32,000 nt of DNA from Synechococcus sp. A15-28 (GTDB taxonomy: Bacteria > Cyanobacteriota > Cyanobacteriia > PCC-6307 > Cyanobiaceae), in the NCBI RefSeq assembly GCF_014280175.1, contig NZ_CP047931.1:570001-602000 (forward strand). Direction: 5' to 3'. Below, piece after piece: positions 1-7,231 of the stretch; position 1 is the first letter of the stretch, and each line of letters begins with the position of its first letter. Below the pieces are notes generated by a model that saw only the letters and a list, made by a program, of their open reading frames with translations, was not told where the DNA came from and did no database searches. Position numbers and translations under genes: made by a program.

Positions 1-242
1 GTTTCCTGATGGCTCGAATGGCGGGGGCCTCCAGCCAGGCCCAGCGCACCATCAGCATTGAAGTGGGCATGCAGAATTCCGGGCTGGCGGTCGTCCTGGC
101 CCGCAGTGGTGGTTTCGCAAGTCCTCTCACGGCGCTGCCAGGAGCAATCTCAGCGGTGGTCCACTGCCTGCTTGGCAGCGCGCTGGCTGCCCTGTGGCGT
201 CGATCAGGCCGCGAAGAAGTCTGGAGCAGTCCACCTCCCTAG
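1..242 (+). CDS. C-terminal end of a bile acid:sodium symporter (BASS) family transporter (truncated by window edge)
   Basis: Frame open from the window edge to the stop at 240-242; protein ends ...SIEVGMQNSGLAVVLAR...PLTALPGAISAVVHCLLGSALAALWR, typical of the BASS family C-terminus. Confidence 0.75.
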   Translation, partial: FLMARMAGASSQAQRTISIEVGMQNSGLAVVLARSGGFASPLTALPGAISAVVHCLLGSALAALWRRSGREEVWSSPPP

Positions 243-266
243 GATTCAGGAAGGTGTTCAGGGCCC

Positions 267-2999
267 GTGATGGCTGCGTCCGGCCTCGACCCAACAACGA
301 TCTTTCCCTTCCCGCTGGACGACTTCCAGCTGGAGGCCATCGATGCGCTGAACCAGGGCCATTCGGTGGTGGTGAGTGCCCCCACGGGGTCCGGTAAGAC
401 CCTGGTGGGGGAGTACGCCATCCATCGGGCCCTCGCCCATGGACAGAAGGTGTTCTACACAACGCCACTCAAGGCGTTGTCCAACCAGAAACTGCGCGAC
501 TTCCGGGAGGCCTACGGCGAGGACAACGTCGGGTTGATGACCGGTGACTTCAGCGTCAACCGTGAGGCCTCCATCGTTGTGATGACCACGGAGATCTTCC
601 GCAACATGCTCTATGCGGAAGCCAGTGAGCACGACGACCCGCTGGCGGACGTGGAAGCCGTGGTGCTGGACGAGTGCCACTACATGAACGACTCCCAGCG
701 CGGCACGGTCTGGGAGGAATCCATCATTCACTGCCCACCCTCGGTGCAGCTGGTGGCTCTGTCGGCGACGGTGGCCAACGCAGTGCAGCTCACCGATTGG
801 ATCGAGAAGGTGCATGGTCCGACGACCCTGGTGCTCAGCGATCACCGGCCGGTGCCGCTGCAGTTCAGCTTCTGCAGTGCCAAGGGCTTGCATCCGCTTC
901 TCAATGAGGCGGGAACCGGACTCCACCCCAATTGCAAGGTCTGGCGTGCGCCGAAGGGGCACAAACGCAAGGGACGTTCCGCCAAGCCTCCTCAGCCTGA
1001 GCCGCCACCGATCAGCTTCGTGGTGGCGCAGATGGCGGAACGGGACATGCTCCCCGCCATCTATTTCATTTTCAGCCGCCGTGGTTGCGACAAGGCCGTG
1101 CGTGATCTCGGCATTCAGTGTCTGGTCAACAAGGAGGAGCAGGCCCGGATCCGGGCACGATTGACGGCTTACAGCAATGACAACCCTGAGGCGGTGCGGG
1201 ATGGCATCCATGCCGATGCCCTGCTGAGGGGAATCGCCGCCCACCATGCCGGCGTCCTTCCGGCCTGGAAGGAATTGATTGAAGAGCTGTTCCAGCAGGG
1301 CCTGGTCAAGGTGGTCTTCGCGACGGAAACCCTGGCTGCCGGTATCAACATGCCGGCCCGCACCACCGTGATCGCGGCTTTGTCCAAACGCACGGAACGG
1401 GGCCATCGTCCGCTGATGGGCAGTGAGTTCCTGCAGATGGCCGGTCGCGCCGGGCGTCGCGGCCTGGATTCAAAGGGCTACGTCGTCACCGTTCAGAGCC
1501 GCTTCGAAGGCGTTCGGGAAGCGGGGCAGCTGGCCACCAGCCCTGCGGATCCGCTAGTCAGTCAGTTCACCCCCAGTTACGGCATGGTGCTGAACCTGCT
1601 GCAGCGCCATGACCTCAACAAGGCACGGGAATTGGTGGAGCGCAGTTTCGGGCGCTATCTGGCCAGCCTGGATCTGGTGGAGGAAGAGGAGATGCTGTCC
1701 CAACTGAGGCTGCAGCTCGGACAGCTTGAGGGGGTGGCAGGGGACATCCCCTGGGAGGACTTCGAGGAGTACGAAAAGCTCCGAGGCCGTCTGCGGGAGG
1801 AGCGGCGACTGCTGCGGATTCTGCAGCAACAGGCTGAAGAGACCCTGGCCAACGAACTCACCCTGGCGTTGCAGTTCGCCAGCACCGGCACGCTGGTGAG
1901 CCTCAAATCACCGCAGCTGCGCGGCAAGGTGACCCCCGCCGTGATCGTCGACAAAGTGGACGGCCCCGGTCAGTTCCCGCTGCTGCTCTGCCTCAGCGAT
2001 GAGAACGTCTGGCTGCTGTTGCCGTGTCAGTCCGTCGTCAGCATTCATGCCGAACTGAGCTGTCTGCAGGTGGATGGGGTTGCCTCCCCTGACCTGCACA
2101 GGGCTGGTGAAATGCGCCATGGCGATCAGGCCAGTGGTGGATTGGCCCTGGCGGTGGCCCACATGGCCCGTCGTCATGACATGACCACGCCTCAGTACGA
2201 CCTGGCCGGCGAAGTGCTGACCCAGGCCCGACTGGTGCAGTCCCTGGAACAGGAGCAGGAAGCCCATCCCGCCCATCGCTGGGGTGATCGCAAGCAGTTG
2301 AAGAAACATCGGCGCCGGATGGAGGAGCTGGAACAGGAGATCGAGGAGCGTCAGCGGCTGCTGCACCATCGCTCCAACCGCCACTGGGAAACCTTCCTGG
2401 CGTTGCTCGAGATTCTTCAGCAGTTCGGCTGCCTTGAGGAGCTGATGCCCACGGAGATTGGCCGGACCGTGGCCGCCCTGCGCGGTGACAACGAGCTTTG
2501 GCTGGGCCTGGCTTTGATGAGCGGCCATCTCGACGACCTCTCACCGCCGGATCTGGCAGCGGTGTTCGAAGCGATCAGCACGGAAGTGAACCGGCCTGAT
2601 CTCTGGAGTGGTTTTCCTCCCCCTCCAGCTGCGGAAGAGGCGCTGCACGATCTCTCGGGATTGCGGCGGGAGTTGTTGCGGGCTCAGGAGCGTCTGAGTG
2701 TGGTGGTGCCGGCCTGGTGGGAGCCGGAGTTGATGGGGCTGGTGGAGGCCTGGGCTAGGGGAACGGACTGGTCCGACCTGATCGCCAACACCTCGCTGGA
2801 TGAAGGGGATGTGGTGCGGATCATGCGCCGCACCGTGGACCTTCTGGCTCAGGTTCCCTACTGCGAAGCGATCAGTGAGCAGCTGCGCAGCCATGCCCGT
2901 CAGGCCCTGCGTGCGATCAACCGGTTCCCGGTGGCGGAGGCCGAGGACCTGCTCAAACAGGTCAGCGAGCAGAACCCCGCCACCGAACGGGCGGCCTGA
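267..2999 (+). CDS. Ski2-like/DSHCT-type DEAD/DEAH-box RNA helicase (cyanobacterial type)
   Basis: 910 aa ORF with Walker A APTGSGKT, DECH box (VVLDECHY), SALSATVAN-like motif III, QMAGRAGRRGLD motif VI and a DSHCT-like C-terminal region. GTG at 267 or ATG at 270. Confidence 0.93.
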   Translation: MMAASGLDPTTIFPFPLDDFQLEAIDALNQGHSVVVSAPTGSGKTLVGEYAIHRALAHGQKVFYTTPLKALSNQKLRDFREAYGEDNVGLMTGDFSVNREASIVVMTTEIFRNMLYAEASEHDDPLADVEAVVLDECHYMNDSQRGTVWEESIIHCPPSVQLVALSATVANAVQLTDWIEKVHGPTTLVLSDHRPVPLQFSFCSAKGLHPLLNEAGTGLHPNCKVWRAPKGHKRKGRSAKPPQPEPPPISFVVAQMAERDMLPAIYFIFSRRGCDKAVRDLGIQCLVNKEEQARIRARLTAYSNDNPEAVRDGIHADALLRGIAAHHAGVLPAWKELIEELFQQGLVKVVFATETLAAGINMPARTTVIAALSKRTERGHRPLMGSEFLQMAGRAGRRGLDSKGYVVTVQSRFEGVREAGQLATSPADPLVSQFTPSYGMVLNLLQRHDLNKARELVERSFGRYLASLDLVEEEEMLSQLRLQLGQLEGVAGDIPWEDFEEYEKLRGRLREERRLLRILQQQAEETLANELTLALQFASTGTLVSLKSPQLRGKVTPAVIVDKVDGPGQFPLLLCLSDENVWLLLPCQSVVSIHAELSCLQVDGVASPDLHRAGEMRHGDQASGGLALAVAHMARRHDMTTPQYDLAGEVLTQARLVQSLEQEQEAHPAHRWGDRKQLKKHRRRMEELEQEIEERQRLLHHRSNRHWETFLALLEILQQFGCLEELMPTEIGRTVAALRGDNELWLGLALMSGHLDDLSPPDLAAVFEAISTEVNRPDLWSGFPPPPAAEEALHDLSGLRRELLRAQERLSVVVPAWWEPELMGLVEAWARGTDWSDLIANTSLDEGDVVRIMRRTVDLLAQVPYCEAISEQLRSHARQALRAINRFPVAEAEDLLKQVSEQNPATERAA

Positions 3000-3001
3000 G
3001 C

Positions 3002-4399
3002 TCAGCGGTGGGGGGAGGCCATGGCGGCTGGATCGATCAACTGGTCAAAGCGTTCGGCGGTGATGGCACCGGATTGAAGGGCGGCCTCCCGCAGCGTTAG
3101 CCCCTCACGGTGGGCATGCTGGGCGATGGCGCAGGCCTTTTCGTAGCCGATCTCCGGCGTCAGAGCCGTCACCAACATCAGGGATCGCTCCAGGTAGAAC
3201 GCGATCCGCTCACGGTCTGGTTCCATCCCACTGACCAGATTCAGCCGGAAACACCGGCAGGCGTCCTGCAGCAGACGGATCCCCTCGATCAGATTGAAGC
3301 CGATCAGGGGTTTGTAGACGTTCATCTGCAGATGCCCGCCGGCCCCGGCCGCTGCCACGGCGGCATCCATGCCGATCACCTGGGTGCAGACCATGGCCAT
3401 GGCCTCGCACTGGGTGGGATTCACCTTGCCGGGCATGATCGAGCTGCCCGGTTCATTGGCCGGCAGCAGCAGTTCCCCCAGCCCAGCTCTGGGGCCGCAG
3501 GCCAGCAGGCGGATGTCATTGGCGATCGTGAGCAGCGTCACGGCCAGACGCCGCAGTTGTGCCATGGCCTGCACCAGAGCGTCATGGCCCGCCATCACGG
3601 CAAAGAGATTCTCGGCCGGTTGAAATTCGGATCCGGTGCGGTTGGCGAGTTCAGCACAAACCTCGTGCGCAAATCGTTCCGGCGTGTTTAAACCACTGCC
3701 GACGGCTGTTCCCCCTAGCGGTAGAGCTAGAAGCTTGTCCTGGGCTGCGCTCAGCCATTGGGCGCCGTCCCGGACCCTGTCGCGCCAGGCGCTGACTTCA
3801 TCGCCGAGGCGCAGCGGCACTGCGTCCTGCAGATGGGTTCGTCCGATCTTGATGATGTCCCGCCAGGCATCGGCCTTGGCATCGAGACTGGCGATCAGCT
3901 GATTCAGCTCCGGCAGCAGCGTCTGCTTCAGCTGCAGAGCAGCTGCCACATGGATTGCAGCAGGGAAGACGTCGTTCGTCGACTGGGATCTGTTGATGTG
4001 GTCGTTGGGATGGAGGGGACGGTGCGAGCCGAGGCTCTCCCCGGATTGCTGGGCGGCGAGGTTGCTAATCACCTCATTCACGTTCATGTTCGTCTGGGTG
4101 CCGCTGCCGGTCTGCCAGACACTTAAGGGGAATTGATCGTCATGCTGTCCTGTTTGGATCGCCTCACCAGCCCGTTCGATCAAGGCAACCTGCTGGTCGT
4201 TCAACAGACCATGGCGACCGTTCACGGCTGCGCAGCACTGTTTGATTTGAGCCAGAGCATGAATCAGCTCCGCTGGAATTTTCTGATGACCGATGGCGAA
4301 GTTGTTAATAGAGCGCTGGGTCTGGGCTCCCCAGAGCGCCGCAGCGGGGACGTCGACAGTGCCGATGCTGTCGTGTTCATGCCTGATCGGTTGGCCCAT
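3002..4399 (-). CDS. fumC: Class II fumarate hydratase
   Basis: Contains GSSIMPGKVNPTQCEA signature, SGLNTPERFA, GSGTQTNMNVNEV. Preferred start 4399 (MGQPIRHEHDSIG...) inside the longer ORF 3002-4450. Confidence 0.96.
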   Translation of the reverse strand: MGQPIRHEHDSIGTVDVPAAALWGAQTQRSINNFAIGHQKIPAELIHALAQIKQCCAAVNGRHGLLNDQQVALIERAGEAIQTGQHDDQFPLSVWQTGSGTQTNMNVNEVISNLAAQQSGESLGSHRPLHPNDHINRSQSTNDVFPAAIHVAAALQLKQTLLPELNQLIASLDAKADAWRDIIKIGRTHLQDAVPLRLGDEVSAWRDRVRDGAQWLSAAQDKLLALPLGGTAVGSGLNTPERFAHEVCAELANRTGSEFQPAENLFAVMAGHDALVQAMAQLRRLAVTLLTIANDIRLLACGPRAGLGELLLPANEPGSSIMPGKVNPTQCEAMAMVCTQVIGMDAAVAAAGAGGHLQMNVYKPLIGFNLIEGIRLLQDACRCFRLNLVSGMEPDRERIAFYLERSLMLVTALTPEIGYEKACAIAQHAHREGLTLREAALQSGAITAERFDQLIDPAAMASPHR

Positions 4400-4433
4400 C
4401 TGACAATGCCGGTCCAAGTCGGCAATCGTATGC

Positions 4434-5003
4434 ATGCGTATGTCCTTCATCTGCCTTGCCGAGGCCAGCCATCACTGCACGGTTGCGCTGCCCGGTGGCG
4501 ATCAGGCTGTGCTGCAGCGGTTTCTGCAGCGCCCGAAGCGCTCGATGGCCGCTCTGCTTACCCGCCAGCGGATGGAGAGTCAGGGCGATGGGCGTTTCCT
4601 CTATTCCTCCCGACCGTTTCAAATCCTGCGGTTTGAAATCACACCGGAGGTGCTGTTTTCCGCGCAGTGGTCGGATCCAGCTCAAGCACTTGAGATTGCC
4701 TTTGAGGACTGCCGGATTCATGGCCTCGGCGCCATGCAGAGCGCCATTCGGTTTGAGTGTGTGGCGTTGCTTGCTCCCCAAGGGGAGTGTGTTGAAGCCC
4801 AGGCGCGGGCGGCGATTTTGCTGTCGTCGGACAGTCCGTTGATTGCGCTGCCGTCCGGTCTGCGCCAACGCCTGGCTCAGCAGGCTTTGCAGCTGGTATT
4901 CGCGCGGCTCGAACGGCGCTGCCAAGAGGGTCTGAGACGGGCCTTGCTGGATTGGATCGTTAAGGATGCTTCCGCGCGTTCCAATGTCAAGCATGAGAGT
5001 TAA
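4434..5003 (+). CDS. DUF1997 family protein (conserved in cyanobacteria and plastids)
   Basis: 189 aa ORF; resembles DUF1997 (RFEITPEVLFSAQW..., ILLSSDSPLIALPSGLRQRLAQQALQLVFARLERRCQEGL). Confidence 0.75.
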   Translation: MRMSFICLAEASHHCTVALPGGDQAVLQRFLQRPKRSMAALLTRQRMESQGDGRFLYSSRPFQILRFEITPEVLFSAQWSDPAQALEIAFEDCRIHGLGAMQSAIRFECVALLAPQGECVEAQARAAILLSSDSPLIALPSGLRQRLAQQALQLVFARLERRCQEGLRRALLDWIVKDASARSNVKHES

Positions 5004-5026
5004 ACTCCCGGGATGCATCCGGAGAC

Positions 5027-5848
5027 ATGAGCAACACGCAGCCCGGGCTTGTGGGGAGGTTCCAGTCAACGATTGATCGTCTTTGGCTGCAAATCAGAAT
5101 TGTTCTGGCGCTTTCTGAAACTGAATTCGTTCTCAGGGCGGAAAAGGGATCCTTTGGAGTGTGGGGGGTCTTGTTTGAGCCCTTGGCGTTGATGATGACC
5201 CTGTTAGCGCTCAGGATTTTGATCCGTTTGAAGTCCACTGATCTGCTGAATCCTGTGGTCTGGCTTATTTGCGGGGTCGCGCTTCTTTATATGTTCAGAA
5301 AAATAGGAATCAAGGCCCTTACAGGGGTTTCAAAGCGCCAAAAATTCTTTTTTTATCGTCGCATCCGTCCCTTAGACACGTTGCTGGCTTCAGCCTTGAT
5401 TGAAGCAAGAATCCATGGTTCAGTTCTGGTACTTGTTTTCCTAAGTGTTTCATTCTGGAATTGGCAGATCAAGCTGGATAATCCTGCCCTTGTGCTTGTT
5501 GACTTCCTCTTGACAATTGCTCTCGGATTGGGAGTAGGGATCAGCGCTTTGGTGATCGGCCATCGCATACCAATCGTTAAAACCTTGACAAAATTTGGGA
5601 TTAACCGCCTCGTGCTCTGGACCTCTGGAATTTTCTATGCCACCTACACACTTCCAGGCCCAATTCGTCCTTTTGTGACGTGGAACCCCTTACTCCACTC
5701 CGTTGAATTGTTGCGACATGGAATTAATCTGGCCTATCCAATACCCGGTATCAGCTTGCAGTATCTGTTCGTGTGTAGTTCTCTGAGCTGCGGTTTTGGA
5801 CTACTGTTCTATTTCTTCAACGAGGCTCTCCTGCTCTCCGATGACTGA
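5027..5848 (+). CDS. ABC-2 type transporter permease, polysaccharide-export type (KpsM/CtrC-like)
   Basis: 273 aa polytopic membrane protein; WGVLFEPLALMMTLLALR..., FYRRIRPLDTLLASALIEA..., LPGPIRPFVTWNPLLHSVELLRHG typical of capsule/O-antigen ABC-2 permeases; GGAG upstream of the ATG. Confidence 0.85.
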   Translation: MSNTQPGLVGRFQSTIDRLWLQIRIVLALSETEFVLRAEKGSFGVWGVLFEPLALMMTLLALRILIRLKSTDLLNPVVWLICGVALLYMFRKIGIKALTGVSKRQKFFFYRRIRPLDTLLASALIEARIHGSVLVLVFLSVSFWNWQIKLDNPALVLVDFLLTIALGLGVGISALVIGHRIPIVKTLTKFGINRLVLWTSGIFYATYTLPGPIRPFVTWNPLLHSVELLRHGINLAYPIPGISLQYLFVCSSLSCGFGLLFYFFNEALLLSDD

Positions 5849-7064
5849 ACAGCCTCGTGTCAGACAGACGACCGGACTGCTGCCGAAATTCGGAGAAGGT
5901 ACACGCTGGTTCGATAGCTTCGCTGGCGATGCTGCTTCTTCCGTCACGCCAAGGGTTCGTTCTGGGCTGAACGGGACATTCAGGGATCTGTTCAATTCGA
6001 GCACATTAGCTGCAGCATTCGTCGTCATTTCGGCGGTGTATTGCTTTGGGATCGGCCGTGATCGCTATCAAGCGACGTCGGAATTCGTGATCAAGCAGCC
6101 GCTACCCCCTGCGACTGCTTCCACCACAGTCCTCGGTTCGATGCAGAGCTCCAGCGTGCTCTCGTCTCTAGAGGATGGTCGCTATCTGCAGGTCTACCTG
6201 AAATCCAATGCTGTGAAGCAGGCGGTTTTCCCTGATCCCTCAGCTTTCAAGTCGATTTATGCCCCGCAGGCTCCAGATCAATGGAGTGGCTTGCCAGGTG
6301 ATGCCAATGAGCAGGAGCAGCTCTCGTTCTTCCGCCAGCAGCTCGATGTGATTCCCCAGGAGCTATCTGGGACCATCGTTCTATCCACGAGTGCTTTCAC
6401 GGCAGACGATGCCTATCGTTTGAACCGCGATCTCCTGAAACAGGCACAGCGCTTCGTCAATGAGGTCAATCAGTCGATCAGTGCCGATCAGCAGAGCTTT
6501 GCTGAGGAACAGGTTGCTTTCGCAAAGAACCGTTTGACCACGGCCACCAATGCGCTGGAAGCCTTTCAGGATCGTTATGGCCAATTGGATCCTCTGGGAG
6601 AACAGTCGGCCACCACAGGCTTCATCACTGGCTTGGAATCGCGGCTGGTTGATCTGAAGGTCGAGGAAGCCAGCCTTCGACGCCAGTTCCGTGATCCCAA
6701 TGCTCCAGAAGTTGCTTTTGTTGCCGACCAGGTGCGTGAGCTCGAGCGTCAGATTCAGGAGGAGCGCCAGAAGGCCGTTGGGGCCGGAGGACGTGATCTG
6801 AACAAACTTGCCACGCAAGCAAGTCGTCTCCAGGGAGATGTGAATTTCGCTAGGGAATCCTTGCGTTCAGCCATGCGCGCGGCTGACAACAGCCGTATGG
6901 AGAGCCAGCGTCAGTTGAAATTCATCGTGATGCTGAGCAAGCCGCAGATGCCCACAGGACCCGAAATCTCATGGCGTTGGAAGGCCTTCCTGTCGTGCCT
7001 TGGGGTTCTGATCGTGGTCTGGGGTGTTGGGGGTTTCATGCTGACAGCATTGAGGCGCGATTAA
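5841..7064 (+). CDS. Capsule export inner-membrane protein, KpsE/CtrB (polysaccharide co-polymerase)-like
   Basis: Start at ATG 5841 overlaps the stop of the permease (ATGACTGA). N- and C-terminal TM segments flank a long coiled-coil region (LESRLVDLKVEEASLRRQFRDPNAPEVAFVADQVRELERQIQEER) and a PxxP-like region (KPQMPTGPEIS) near the second TM. Confidence 0.8.
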   Translation: MTEQPRVRQTTGLLPKFGEGTRWFDSFAGDAASSVTPRVRSGLNGTFRDLFNSSTLAAAFVVISAVYCFGIGRDRYQATSEFVIKQPLPPATASTTVLGSMQSSSVLSSLEDGRYLQVYLKSNAVKQAVFPDPSAFKSIYAPQAPDQWSGLPGDANEQEQLSFFRQQLDVIPQELSGTIVLSTSAFTADDAYRLNRDLLKQAQRFVNEVNQSISADQQSFAEEQVAFAKNRLTTATNALEAFQDRYGQLDPLGEQSATTGFITGLESRLVDLKVEEASLRRQFRDPNAPEVAFVADQVRELERQIQEERQKAVGAGGRDLNKLATQASRLQGDVNFARESLRSAMRAADNSRMESQRQLKFIVMLSKPQMPTGPEISWRWKAFLSCLGVLIVVWGVGGFMLTALRRD

Positions 7065-7231
7065 AATCAATTTTAGTTAATACTTTTATGCGGATTGATC
7101 TTTATTTTGATCATCGGGCCAGCGTATAAAGCGTTTTTAGGGATGAATGAAAAATATTAACTCCGAGTTTATTGATTATGTTTTCGTCGAGCATACTTTT
7201 TGTCTCTTCAGCTAAGTTGTATTTTTATTGT

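Noticed and set aside
258-1406. 382-aa minus-strand ORF
   Set aside because: Shadow of the Ski2-like helicase gene; no coherent protein motif.
4133-4636. 167-aa plus-strand ORF
   Set aside because: Overlaps the antisense 5' part of fumC and out-of-frame DUF1997; neither half resembles a protein.
7060-7120. Short inverted repeats (TAAAAT-CA-ATTTTA and TGATC...GATCA) as possible terminators between converging genes
   Set aside because: Stems are only 5-6 bp and AT-rich, without a convincing GC stem plus T-tract; not strong enough to call a terminator.
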